Shown: positions 8,071 through 18,900 of the stretch, piece by piece
Position numbering within the stretch: position 1 is the stretch's first letter
Layout: each line of letters begins with the position of its first letter
Source: a virus
Direction: 5' to 3' (one strand)
DNA: 64,000 nucleotides
Virus record (IMG/VR): IMGVR_UViG_3300043313_000168
Coordinates: 2,978-66,977 of that record
The notes under the pieces: generated by a model
The model's input: only the letters and a program-made list of their open reading frames with translations
What the model was told of the DNA's origin: nothing
Databases searched by the model: none
Made by a program: the position numbers and the translations under genes

Positions 8071-10127
8071 TTCGCTTCTCCATATGACTGACCGGTGCCG
8101 ATGTCGGCGGTCAGCGGGATGTCCTTGCCCCATGACGGAGGGCGAACCATTTCCGAATGTATCAGTTGCTTGGCGAAGTCAAGTTCACTGTTCGGGACGA
8201 TAAACACAAGTTCGTCATGCGCCTGCAAAACAAAGCGGTACGCCTCGGGATGCGGTCGCAGCTTCCCCCTATCGCGTATGCGCAGCGCGGCGTTCATGAC
8301 GATGATGCGCGCCAGCGCTTGCACGATGTTCTCTAGCATCTTCGCACCATACATGCGGTGCCAGAACTTGCCGTAGCGATACTTAAACTCTTGCCGCCAC
8401 TGTTCGCGGCCGTTCTTGTCTGTCGTCTTGATGTTGTGTGACTGAGGCTCCGCGTACTCCATGGTCATCCCACTGGGCAGGAGTATCTTGCCGAAGCTGA
8501 TGGTGACAGGACCGAAGTGCACAGGCGGCATGTGTTGCGTCGACCACTGCGTGGCCACGATCTGGTTCAGTCTGTTCCAGCCAGCGGGTATCTGGAAGTA
8601 GCGCTTTCGATATGCGTCCACGCCTTTGTCGCCGATGGCGCGCGTGTAGATTTGACTGATGTCCACCTGCTGGGCGCGTGCGCTCCTGACCACCATGGTG
8701 TCGAAGTTGTCCTTGCCGCAGCCATAGCCAAGGCCCAAAATCCCGGTCTTGCCGATAAAGCCCATGATCTCGTCGACCGTGCCCGTGAGCTTGCGGTTGA
8801 CGGGTCGACCGAAGATGTCGCCAGCGAGTTTGTTGTAAGGGTCCAGCTTCTTGCCGAACTCCTCCATGAGCGCCGTGCAGCCGCATATCCATCCGACCAG
8901 TCGCGCCTCGATCTGTCCCAAGTCGCACGTGACGACGGTGTGGCCGGGCGGCGCCTTCAGTGACAGGCGCAGCTTGCTCTTGCCCTTCGATCCGCGGACC
9001 GTGGGCATGTTCTGCATGTTCATCTTCCAGTCGCCGCTCAGACGGTGCGTGTGAGCTCCGCCGTAGCGCAACGGGATCGGCATCAGGGAGAACAATTTAC
9101 CGGGACGGTAATTCGGGTCGAAGGCGCGCGCCATTTCCTCCTGTGCGATCTGGCGCAGCATGGGACGATAGGCGGCGAAGCTGTATACCTTCTTCCAGTT
9201 CAACTCGCCGATGGCCATCAGGGTCTTGGAGCGTGTCTCTTCAAGCGTGCTCTTGAGACCGATGCGCGCTGCCGCGAGTGCTGCCACTGCCGGGTCGTCG
9301 CTGTCGATCAGGCTCGCCATGAACTCGTCGGTCTTGGAGAACGCTGGCGTCTGCTTCGGGTTGCCGTCCGCGTCCTTGGCTGTCGGGCTGTCCTTTAGCT
9401 CCACTTCCACGCCAAGCGCTTCCAGCGCCGCCTTGAACTTCGCTGTCGACATGATCACGGACTTGTCCACACTGCCGGCGTCCACGATCAGCTGCTCTTT
9501 CGCAGCGACCACGTCAGCGATGTGCGCACGCAGCAACTCAGTATCCACCTGAAAGCGCGGTTCCACGCAACACCGGAGGACAAGGTCCATCAGGCGGCGC
9601 TCACTCCACGGCATGCGGGGGTAGAGGTGCTTGAACACGCCTTCGCAGAGACGGTTGTCCTGCAGCGAGTATTCTTGATAGCTCGCCCACAGGTCAGGGT
9701 TGGACTTGATGGTGGCGCGCGTCATCCCTATGACGTTGTTGATGGCGTCTCCTTTGCGGCCCAGGTTGAGGTGGTCAGCTATGCTGGCGAGGTTGAAGCG
9801 CACCAGTTCATGCCCCATGAGGGCGCGCGCCATCGCCATCGCGTCAAGCATGGTGTCGGGCACAAAGCCGTAGACCCATGAGAGGATGGCGTTGTCGAAC
9901 AGGGCGTTGAATGTGACGGTGGTTGTGGTCTCGGGCTTGAAGCCGGAAATGAACTTGGCGAAGTCTGGTCCGTCAACGATAAAGTGATCACCAAAATTGA
10001 CCTGCGCAGCGCAGAGGATCGTCTCGTATCGTGGGTCCAGAATGTATTGGGCAGGCGTCATCTTTCGCAGGGAATAGTCCTGCGAGTAAAACGTCTCGAA
10101 GTCGAGGATGAGAACGTCGTTGGACAT
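8067..10127 (-). CDS. DNA polymerase family A with 3'-5' exonuclease domain
   Basis: Exo I LDFET, Exo II NALFD, motif A DLGQIEAR, motif B GKTGILGLGYG, motif C QAHDEL. Confidence 0.95.
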   Translation of the reverse strand: MSNDVLILDFETFYSQDYSLRKMTPAQYILDPRYETILCAAQVNFGDHFIVDGPDFAKFISGFKPETTTTVTFNALFDNAILSWVYGFVPDTMLDAMAMARALMGHELVRFNLASIADHLNLGRKGDAINNVIGMTRATIKSNPDLWASYQEYSLQDNRLCEGVFKHLYPRMPWSERRLMDLVLRCCVEPRFQVDTELLRAHIADVVAAKEQLIVDAGSVDKSVIMSTAKFKAALEALGVEVELKDSPTAKDADGNPKQTPAFSKTDEFMASLIDSDDPAVAALAAARIGLKSTLEETRSKTLMAIGELNWKKVYSFAAYRPMLRQIAQEEMARAFDPNYRPGKLFSLMPIPLRYGGAHTHRLSGDWKMNMQNMPTVRGSKGKSKLRLSLKAPPGHTVVTCDLGQIEARLVGWICGCTALMEEFGKKLDPYNKLAGDIFGRPVNRKLTGTVDEIMGFIGKTGILGLGYGCGKDNFDTMVVRSARAQQVDISQIYTRAIGDKGVDAYRKRYFQIPAGWNRLNQIVATQWSTQHMPPVHFGPVTISFGKILLPSGMTMEYAEPQSHNIKTTDKNGREQWRQEFKYRYGKFWHRMYGAKMLENIVQALARIIVMNAALRIRDRGKLRPHPEAYRFVLQAHDELVFIVPNSELDFAKQLIHSEMVRPPSWGKDIPLTADIGTGQSYGEAK

Positions 10128-10134
10128 CAAGGCT

Positions 10135-10160
10135 CCGGGGGAGGGGCTTGCCCTCCCCGG
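10135..10160. other. GC-rich stem-loop (GAGGG/CCCTC family) directly upstream of the polymerase gene
   Basis: CCGGGGGAGGG-GCTTG-CCCTCCCCGG. Confidence 0.55.
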
Positions 10161-10167
10161 TTAGCGT

Positions 10168-10890
10168 TCAGAGGTTAACAATCTGTTTATCGAGAGCGAC
10201 CTTGATACCTTCCCACACGTGCGGCCGCTCGTTCAGGATCAGTCGCATGTTGTTGTAGGGCCGGTCAGGCACGTCAGCCGGCACCAGCTGCATCGCAGCC
10301 ACTGTCCCTGCCGTCTCCCGGATCAGCGGCAGCATCTCACCTATCCCTGCCGGTGTGTTATAGCGCACCGGCGCTACCGTCATCTGGGCGACGCTGCTAT
10401 TGGGGCACAGCGACATGGCAGCGGGCCAGTAGTTGCGCACCGCGCCCTCGGTGGCGTTCATGTTGAACCAGCGCAGCAGGTGTTTCACCCGGCCGTATTT
10501 CTCGTGGATCGCCTGCATGCTGGCGATGGTGGTCAGCAGTGGCTCGGCCCACGAACTAATCTGCAGCATGCAAGGCTCGATGGCAGGGACGGAGGCGTTG
10601 TCATTCTTATAGGTCTTGTACTCCATCACGATGTCGCACACGCCATCGTCGATGGGGTAGACTTTGTTGGCGTCGGTGCTCACCATACCCTTGACCGCCC
10701 GCAGCTTGGCAAGAGTGTCCTCGCTAAACAGCCACGGCAGCACCGCTTCGCGGTGGAAACGCTGCGGCACGAACATGCTGATCTCGTTGTAGCAGGTCTT
10801 ATCCAGCGTGCCGATCGCCGTCTCCATGTCGCTACCGGTGAACACGCCGCGCGGCTCGGTCGGCCTGTTTCGTCTGCTATTCCATCCCAT
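10168..10890 (-). CDS. Hypothetical protein
   Basis: 240-aa ORF with GAGGAG RBS. Confidence 0.75.
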   Translation of the reverse strand: MGWNSRRNRPTEPRGVFTGSDMETAIGTLDKTCYNEISMFVPQRFHREAVLPWLFSEDTLAKLRAVKGMVSTDANKVYPIDDGVCDIVMEYKTYKNDNASVPAIEPCMLQISSWAEPLLTTIASMQAIHEKYGRVKHLLRWFNMNATEGAVRNYWPAAMSLCPNSSVAQMTVAPVRYNTPAGIGEMLPLIRETAGTVAAMQLVPADVPDRPYNNMRLILNERPHVWEGIKVALDKQIVNL

Positions 10891-10933
10891 GATTGCTCCT
10901 CTTGACAGTGGTTAAATTGAGCGGTACGCCCGG

Positions 10934-11307
10934 CTAAGCGCTTGGGCTGGCCGGGCCGTTACCGCGGCGGTAAAACTCGGACTGACGGGGGTGTGTCCCC
11001 ATCAGCAGCTGGTCTCGCTCGTGCCGCAAGTTGTCGAGCCACAAGGCTTCCCACTCGCGCAGTCGCTCCCGAGCACTCCATCGCGGGAGTGTAGCGCTGT
11101 TATATGCGATGCCGATGGTCATGCGCTCCATCGTCACCCGATAGCGCTTCATGGCCCTCGCGTAGGCTCGGTTGAGCATGGTCGTGGCGCTGTCGCCTGT
11201 CACCGGATGCCCAGAACCCATAGCAGGCCCCCAATGATCACCACCCACATCGCTGCGCTCAGCACGACGCTGGCCAGCGAGGGGCGGTAGACGGGTTTGT
11301 CGTCCAT
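10934..11307 (-). CDS. Two small ORFs: 10934-11203 and a 35-aa membrane peptide 11200-11307
   Basis: MDDKPVYRPSLASVVLSAAMWVVIIGGLLWVLGIR, GTGA-coupled to the next ORF. Confidence 0.5.
10959..10973. repeat. Dispersed palindrome copy 5
   Basis: TTACCG CGG CGGTAA. Confidence 0.95.
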
Positions 11308-12632
11308 CAGTCGCGATCCGGGTTGATCTCGACCACGTCACCCCACGGATAGCCTTCCGGCCCCTTGGCGGTGCTGGCCCAGATGCAGACGTAGTCGGGC
11401 TGCGTGGCGGGGAAGTCGACGTAGCCATCGGTGAAGCCGATGAACACCTCGGGCTTCTCACCTTGCTCCCTGATCCAGTCGAACACCGGATGAACTGACG
11501 TGCCACCGCCGCCCTTCACGCCATCCTTGGCGATCTTGGCCTGCATGTGCTGCATGTCGCTCACGTCGGTGATCTCGTCGATGCCGTCCTCGTAGATGCC
11601 GTCGTCGCACCACACGATGGTGAGGCGCTGCGGGCAGCAATCCTCCACGATCGAGCCAAGCTCGGCCATGTACTGACAGAGCTCCTTCTCGCCGATGGAG
11701 CCGGACGTGTCGCCCCACACCACCACCCACCCGGCACCGTTACCGGAGCGGGACGGCATGTAGAGGTCACGCGTGATGAAGCGACGGTCAGGCCGGCGCC
11801 AGTTGTAGCTGCCGCTGCCGACCTTGCGGTTGAAGATGCCGCGGATCATGTCGGTCCACAGCACCTTCGGGTTTAGCACCGTCTCGAACATGCGGGCCAG
11901 TGCACCCTGCATCTTGCCCTGCGCCTTCATGGCTTCCAGTGTCTGCGCCGCCTTGATCTCGACGCCCCACTGCTGCGGGTTCTGCTGTGCCGACTGCGGG
12001 TTCTGGCCGGTGCTGGCGCCGGGAGCGAGGATCACGTCGAAGCCGTTGCCCGGCAGGTCGCCGTTGGCCTCATGGTCCTCGTACAGCTTCTTGTAGATGC
12101 TGGTGACGCCATCCTCGGCCTTGGCGATCTCGTCGTCGAGCAGACAGTCCTTCGGGGGTGAGCCGATGCGGCTGTCGCGGAGCAGCGCGTTGATGCGGTA
12201 GTCCATCGCGTGCTGCATCACCTTGTTGTTGAACGGCTTGGTCGTGCCGTCGTCCATGGGCACGACGCCACTGGTCATGCAGCGGTGCAGGAACGGCACG
12301 TCCATGTAGACGTTGTGCACCACTTCGTGGCCGATGATGAACACGCGTTCCTTAAGGTCGTACTTGAAGAAGGTGTCGGGGTTTATAAGGATGTTTCGCG
12401 CGTCCGTCGCGGCCACTGGTACGCTTCGCGTCGCGACGCAGGCGTGCTTGCCCTTGTGGTTGACCAGCAGCTTGTAGAAGAGATGCCTGAACCCGGGACA
12501 GGTCCACGCCATCAGGGACATTGTATCTTGCCACATCGTCTGCTGCTGTGGCGTGAGCCCACAGTCGGTCAATTGCTCGGGACCTAGTTCGCTTACTCCT
12601 GGCAGTGCCAGTGTCTCGGCCGTAGTTGTCAT
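11307..12632 (-). CDS. Metallopeptidase (HExxH) plus vWA domain protein (DUF2201-like)
   Basis: AATD, GHEVVH, AMDYRIN, W.RPDRR, MIDAS DTSGS, GGGGT, FTDG. Confidence 0.9.
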   Translation of the reverse strand: MTTTAETLALPGVSELGPEQLTDCGLTPQQQTMWQDTMSLMAWTCPGFRHLFYKLLVNHKGKHACVATRSVPVAATDARNILINPDTFFKYDLKERVFIIGHEVVHNVYMDVPFLHRCMTSGVVPMDDGTTKPFNNKVMQHAMDYRINALLRDSRIGSPPKDCLLDDEIAKAEDGVTSIYKKLYEDHEANGDLPGNGFDVILAPGASTGQNPQSAQQNPQQWGVEIKAAQTLEAMKAQGKMQGALARMFETVLNPKVLWTDMIRGIFNRKVGSGSYNWRRPDRRFITRDLYMPSRSGNGAGWVVVWGDTSGSIGEKELCQYMAELGSIVEDCCPQRLTIVWCDDGIYEDGIDEITDVSDMQHMQAKIAKDGVKGGGGTSVHPVFDWIREQGEKPEVFIGFTDGYVDFPATQPDYVCIWASTAKGPEGYPWGDVVEINPDRD

Positions 12633-12815
12633 AGAGCTTGCTCCTCTCCTGTTTCCAGTATTCGATCCGGGCCTGTAGCCAGTCCCGGTAGGCTTCAAAC
12701 TCGGCGCTCGAAGCGCCAACGCACCAGCCCCGTCGGAGCCCCTCATGTGCAGAGGCCTGAGCCCGTGCGATGGCGCCCGTGAACAGCTTGCGCAGGACCA
12801 CGCGGGGCTGGTGCT

Positions 12816-13407
12816 TCACGTGTCGTCCTTCACTGTGCGGCCCACTTCCTTGATCATGTTGTAGGCGGTCTTGGCTCGCATCGCCGCCATCCACGCGTCC
12901 TCGTCCTCGTGGCCCGGCCTGAACGTGGAGGCCCGCTCGATCACGTACCGCTCAGCGAACGAGCGGTAACGCGTGTTGCTTGGCACCTTGTTAGGCTCGG
13001 CCGTCGCCGCCATCGGAGCCTGCACCGGCAGTGGAGGCGGGATCGGCGTTTGCATGTTGGTCAAGGTGCCAACCCTGCCGCCATGCGCCATTTTGTAACC
13101 TTTACTACTTGGCAGTGGCATTACTGTCCCTCATGGCGCCCATCAACTCGCTGCTGATGGTATCGTCTCCGGTGCTCTCCGTCTCGTCAAGCCCCTGCTG
13201 GATCACATCATCGAGCAGCTTGATCTCTTCGTGGCCGGAGAAGAAGTCGTCGCTGAACACTGCGACCTGTGGCTTGATGCCATCGGCAAGGAGGACCGCG
13301 GTGGCGTAGACGTGCCGGGCTGCATGCTGCAGCGCTGCACGCATCACCTCGTTCTTCTCGTTGTCCGCATAGTCGACCCGAAGCTCGACTGTGAACTGTC
13401 TCTGCAT
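12816..13407 (-). CDS. Two hypothetical proteins (12816-13121, 13105-13407)
   Basis: Packed ORFs; GAGGAG RBS before 13407. Confidence 0.55.
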
Positions 13408-13570
13408 GTGTGCTCCTCTCGTTAGTGCCGTCAGCTTCTGCTTACGCATCTGCCGGGGCGAGTTCAACTTCCAATCCAACAGCCTCACGAAGTTGTCGGG
13501 GTTGGTGGTAGCGTCGATGTTCATGATCACGTCGTCGTACTGATCGGTCGGCACTATCAGCAACTCCGAT

Positions 13571-13585
13571 TTACCGCGGCGGTAA
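13571..13585. repeat. Dispersed palindrome copy 6
   Basis: TTACCG CGG CGGTAA. Confidence 0.95.
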
Positions 13586-13686
13586 GCGCCTCTGGCGCAC
13601 GCTCTCTTCGTTGACCCCTGTCATGTGTCCGGTCAGTCCGGCTGAGTAGGTTGTGTCCGAGAGTGTGGCCAGAGCGCATACGGGCT

Positions 13687-14835
13687 CTAGTTCGACAGGG
13701 ATGCGATGATCGAGACCAGCGCCGCGTTCTTGTTGATCCACGCCTGCATCGCAGGCTGCGAGATCATGCCTTTGTAGTCCCGACGAAGCAAGGCGGAGAT
13801 GAACGTCACCCCCATGTCCTTCGGGAACATCTGCATGTAGGTGATCAGCGCCGACAGGTCCTGCGGCTGCGCGTGGCCAGCAAGCTGGTAGGCCATGAGC
13901 ATCTGCAGGTCAGCACGTCCGGGCACCAGCGACTTGTCACTGGGCTTGGCGACCACGTCCGCGTAGCTCGGCAGTTCGAGCAAGAACTGCATGTGCGACG
14001 CGTAGCTGGTAGTGGCGGGCATGCCGATCGTGCCGGCCAGCACCTCCATCATCTCAGGAGTGACTTCCTGATTGTTGTTGGCAGCGAAGGCGACCTGCAG
14101 ATAGCGATCAGCAGCGAACAGTTGGCGCGGACTGCACCACGGTCCCTGCTGCTGCGGCTCGTCCTCGAACACCACGGCGGGGTTGGCAGCACCCCACGCC
14201 TTCGTCACCGGCATCACGGTCCACGACTTGCCCTGATGCTGGTAAGGCTTGTCGGCGTAGGTCAGGAGGCCATCAATGTCCGGCGTGATGTTGATCTGTG
14301 AGCGCCGGGCAATGCAGAAGTCGAAGTCCTTGGAGACGCCGTAGCGTGCACCTTCGTTGGTGAGGCCGATGCGCACACTGCCCGGGGGCAGGTACCACGG
14401 CGACGTGCCGCCATTGAGGAAGATTTCAGCAATGGCACGTTTGACGTCGCCCTCACCCTGACCGTATTCGTCGATGATCAGGAAGAACTTGTCATAGCAG
14501 AACGCTGGCTTGCCCTCGGTCGAGATATACCAGAGAGGGCACGATGGGTCCGTGACGCTGATGCGCTTGGTGACGGGCTTGCCGTCCTCCATGCCCACGA
14601 CAACGTCGCGCTCGCCCTTGAACTGGTAGCCGATAAGGTCGGGCGGGGTCTGCGTGGCAGCGAAGATCACGCCGATGCCCCACTTCTCGCCACGCGTGGC
14701 GCCCTCGGCCTTGAGGTCCTCGGCCAGTTGATATGCGACCTGGGACTTGCCCATGCCGGACTTGCTCGACCACAGCACAGCCTGCCCGGATGTGAACAGC
14801 TGCTTGGTCACCTGCTTCGCTTGGTTGATGTTCAT
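13687..14835 (-). CDS. MoxR-like AAA+ ATPase
   Basis: Walker A SKSGMGKS, PPDLIG, Walker B IIDE, sensor N, SPR motif; GAGGAG RBS; near the vWA partner gene. Confidence 0.85.
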   Translation of the reverse strand: MNINQAKQVTKQLFTSGQAVLWSSKSGMGKSQVAYQLAEDLKAEGATRGEKWGIGVIFAATQTPPDLIGYQFKGERDVVVGMEDGKPVTKRISVTDPSCPLWYISTEGKPAFCYDKFFLIIDEYGQGEGDVKRAIAEIFLNGGTSPWYLPPGSVRIGLTNEGARYGVSKDFDFCIARRSQINITPDIDGLLTYADKPYQHQGKSWTVMPVTKAWGAANPAVVFEDEPQQQGPWCSPRQLFAADRYLQVAFAANNNQEVTPEMMEVLAGTIGMPATTSYASHMQFLLELPSYADVVAKPSDKSLVPGRADLQMLMAYQLAGHAQPQDLSALITYMQMFPKDMGVTFISALLRRDYKGMISQPAMQAWINKNAALVSIIASLSN

Positions 14836-14869
14836 GTAGTCTCCTCAGTTTGGGGTTGAGATAGAAAGT

Positions 14870-14898
14870 CCCGGCGAGGGCTGACCTCCCTCGCCGGG
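14870..14898. other. Perfect 11-bp stem-loop upstream of the AAA+ gene
   Basis: CCCGGCGAGGG-CTGACCT-CCCTCGCCGGG. Confidence 0.6.
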
Positions 14899-15248
14899 TA
14901 TCGACGCGTCTTAGCGCCACCGCTCGGTGCATGCTTTCCCTACGGCTCGGGAGCGTGCGTCTAGCACCTTCGCACTCCTTGCTCCTCACTCGTTGATATG
15001 TGCGGACGTGGCGCTGAGGAGCAGCCACCACGTCCGCCTCGCAGGCTAGCCCTCGTGATACCCCCCGAAAGAGGCGTTGGGCTCAGCGCAGCGAAACTAG
15101 TCACGCCCCATAGGGACGCGGTAACGGGGTTTCTCGCGAACTGGGGTGTAGCCCAGTTTGCGCAGCCAGAGCTCGAACACTATGACCGGCCCTTCGGTCT
15201 CGCTCTCGATCTTGTAGGAAGGTGCTTGCAGGGCGAACCCTGTGTACC

Positions 15249-15956
15249 TCACGGCTGGGGCTTGGCTGACTTCGCGATCTCGGTGAGCCGATCAGTGAGC
15301 GCACGATAGGCGTCCTTGACCAGCTTCGAGTTGTCCTGCGCGGTCTTGCCGGCAGCATCGCCGTCGATCAGCTTCTTGATCTGGTTGCGCAGCGCCTCGA
15401 CACACTCGGTTGCCGTGGCCGGGTCCTTGGACTTCTTGAACAGGAAGTCGTTGAACTCCTTCGCCTCGATCAGCTGGTCACGCTTCATCTGCGCACGAGC
15501 AAATCGCAGGAACGTGTTGGCGGCGTCGTCGAGCTTCTTGCATAGCGCAGGGTCTTTACGGACCTTGCTGCGCTCAGTCAACAGGGCATTGACTGTGGCG
15601 AGGGGCTCGCCATTGCCGCCCTTCGGCCACTGACCGAACTTGATGGAGGTGCGCAGGGTGCTGATCAGCTTGCGCTGGTTCATCGCCTTGGCATCGAACA
15701 CGATGTTGCCGGCCTGCGCCTTGACGTAGGTCTCGGCGAGCAGCGTGGCGTCGTCACGATCGGCACCATGCTTGCTGCTGGCGAGGTCGACGGCGCCGTG
15801 GTAACCGCCTTCGAGACAGGACAGCAGGAACTTGACCTGCGTGTCCTTGCCCTTGCCGCTCTGCTCGCCAAGCTCGTTGGCTTTCGCCTTGAGCGTGTCG
15901 AGCGTCATCTTGTTACCCGCCGTCACAGATGGCGGAGGTGGGATATGCTGGTTCAT
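15249..15956 (-). CDS. Basic helical hypothetical protein
   Basis: 235-aa ORF with GAGGAG RBS; a 51-aa ORF (15097-15252) is coupled downstream. Confidence 0.75.
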   Translation of the reverse strand: MNQHIPPPPSVTAGNKMTLDTLKAKANELGEQSGKGKDTQVKFLLSCLEGGYHGAVDLASSKHGADRDDATLLAETYVKAQAGNIVFDAKAMNQRKLISTLRTSIKFGQWPKGGNGEPLATVNALLTERSKVRKDPALCKKLDDAANTFLRFARAQMKRDQLIEAKEFNDFLFKKSKDPATATECVEALRNQIKKLIDGDAAGKTAQDNSKLVKDAYRALTDRLTEIAKSAKPQP

Positions 15957-18900
15957 TGGTCAACTCCTCAGTTGGGTTTGGTGGAGGCGGCGCGGCCGCC
16001 GTAGTCGCCGCGTCGCGGCCCCCCATAGACGAGGGGTCGAAAAGCGGAATGGGGGAACGTAACTGCAGATAGAACTGCTCGGCTCGATCAGTGTGAGCGT
16101 AGTAAAGCCCGGGCTGATCCGGGCCGACCGGCACAGCAGTGACGAAGTAGTCAGCGTTGGTCGGGCTGATCCCGATCAGGAACTCACCCCTGTCGATCGT
16201 ATCTCGCCAACCGGCAGCACCTTTTCTGCCGTAGTGGTAGTCACCTCTGCGCAGCAGCTTGATCATGTGTCACCTATCGCTGATGCGTCGAGCGGCCAGC
16301 CCTGCCGCTTGGCGAACTCAAGCGCGGCCTCTGCTGCCGCGTTCTCGATCAACTCCTCCACGCTACAGCCGGCCTCAGCCGCAATGCGCTTGAGGCGTCC
16401 ATCGGTGACAAGGTCAATGGACACACGGTAAAGGCTCATGGCTGGCCTCCGTATTCGGTGACAGGGCTCGGGCGCAGGCCGCCTGCAACGACGCCAACAC
16501 ACAATGCGGTGAGGATGATCAGGATCAGCACCTTCATGCCTTGGTACCTTTACAGGCTGCAGCGAACACGAAGCTGTCAAAGTTCTTGTTGTCCTCGGCA
16601 AGCATCAGGCCGATGCGGGCAATGACGATCTCGATGGCTACGTCAACCACAGCGCCGTGCGCTAGGGTAGGCGACGCCTCCATGCCCTTGCGCATCTCGC
16701 GCACCGTTGCAGCGAGCTTCTGGTAGTCCTTCTTAGTCATTTGCTGCAGCCCCGGCTCCGGCTCGAACTCCATCATGTGCTGCGTCATCGACTTCAGCAT
16801 GGCGAGCATATTCGGATCGACCGGCGGTGGCTTCTTTACCGTGATGTTCAGCGTGCCCCCAACCGCTCTCATAATACCACTTGCCATCTGCCCGAGTGGG
16901 TCGTCCTGCGATGGAGCCGAGATGATAGGTGGAGTTCTTGGGCGTCTGGTCATCTCTCACCTTTCCAGTCATTACCTTGATGGCGTGGCTCACCGCCTCG
17001 TACCGGTGCTTGAACGCAACGCGCACCGGTGCCCGGTAGGGGCTGGGCATATGCGTGATGATGTAGCGCGTCTCATCGAACGCGAACCCGCTCGTCTTGT
17101 AGATCACGACGCCAGCCAACGTCACAGCAGCGTAGTCATCCCTGCGTCGCGTCCGTGTGGTCATTGCTCGTTACCCTCCGTCAATTTGAACGCCACATCC
17201 TCTGTCGGCCGAACGTAGTCCAGCACGGCGAGGCAGGCCAGCGCTGCCGCGTACACATCCTCGTAACCACCCGGATAGCGCTTCAACGGGCTCCCGTCAG
17301 GTAGGAATGCGTAATACGTTGTCGTCGGCACCCATGCTCCCTTGGCACCGCTGCCACGGCTGCCACCGATGCGGCGCTGGTGCGGCTTGGCCTCGAAGCG
17401 GCAGCCGGCCAGCGTTGCCCTCGCGATCACCTCGCGTTGGAACGGGAACATCGCCTCGATCTCATCTTCAATCTTCATCAGCCACCCTTCGCGGGGCGAG
17501 CATGCTCGCTCTCCACCCACAGGAACGCTTCGATGTCGGCACAGGCGTTCAGCCACTCATCGTCGCCGATCACACCACACTCTTCGGCCTCACGTGCCTT
17601 GGAGAAGTACATCGCTGCCGTAGCGAGCGAAGGGCTCGCGTCAAACGCTGCCTTCGCCGCTGTAACTGCTTCTGCGTCAATCATTGTCGCCCTCCCGCTT
17701 CCCCTCGTGCCGTGCACCGGGGCGCTTCGCCTTCGGAAGCCCGATCATGGTCCATGCTTCTGTCGGAATGAAGGCGCAGCGACGCTTGCAGATGTCGTCG
17801 GCAAGCTCAGGCGGGGTGATGATGCGCCGGATCGCCTCTTCGGTGACCACGCACCAATTACCGTCACGGTAAGGGTTCACGGTGTCGCCGTTGCTGCGCG
17901 CCTCGTCGACGCCGATGCAGATGATGCCCTGATCCATGAACGCACGGCACTTGTCGCACGGCTCGTGGTCGAGGCACACCTGTGAGGGCGCTTCGCGGTC
18001 CACAAGCCCCTTGAGCTTGCCGAACAGGATCACTCCCTTGCCCTCGCCGCAATAGAAGCAAATCTCCACGCTTGGATTGACCCCGTACTTAGGGCTTAGG
18101 CTGATGCTTCCCATACAATCTCTCCTCGTTGTGGACCATCGCTGCAGCGATGCAGCTGTTCAGATAGACTTGCAGGCTGTCGACCGTCTTGTTGTCCGGG
18201 GATAGGCAGCGCCAATAGAACGTCCCCCGATGGAATTTGTAGCCGGCCAGCGCCAGTGTCGCCATGGCCTCGCGTTGTTCGTGTGTGAGCGCAGCTACTG
18301 CGTCTGTCACTACGTCGTTCGGTGGCGCCTTCTTCTGGTCAGTCTCGCTCAGCACGTGCTTCATCGCGTCACTGACCAGATGTGGCTTAGCGTCCACTTT
18401 CCTGATCTCGTCAGCGAACAGGTTCGCCACGCGGACGTCACCGGTGCGCACCATGATCTCGTGGATGTCGTCGGCTGTTGGCTTGATTGGCATCAGTTAA
18501 ATCCCGGTATGTCGCCGGTCATGGCGACGTAGAACAGAAAGAGCATGCTGGTCCCCGCCGTGAGCAGGGCCAGCACAACGTCCCACGTGATGGTAGGGCG
18601 CTCAGATGTCGTCATTCGTGATCTCCAACCAGTGCCCGGGTGCGAACACGGCAACCACGTGAGGGTAGCCGCAGGAATTGGTGTTGCGAAACGTGAGGAC
18701 GCCAGTGTCCACACGATAGTAGTCAGCCAGCACCTTGCGATGCCGGCTGTGCTTGGCGAGCTTCACCACCCAATGGATACGGCGGTCGTGGACTGGCTCG
18801 CATGGCGGATCGTAGCTCATTTGCCCTCCTTGATAAGATACACCATCGCCAGCGCCACCCAGTTGCCGTAGGTCACGTCGAATATGCTGACGTTGTGAGC

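Noticed and set aside
12352-12819. ORF running about 280 bp into the vWA gene (similarly 16733-17164 into its neighbour)
   Set aside because: The 5' part is plausible, but the extension looks like a lost stop codon rather than functional overprinting.
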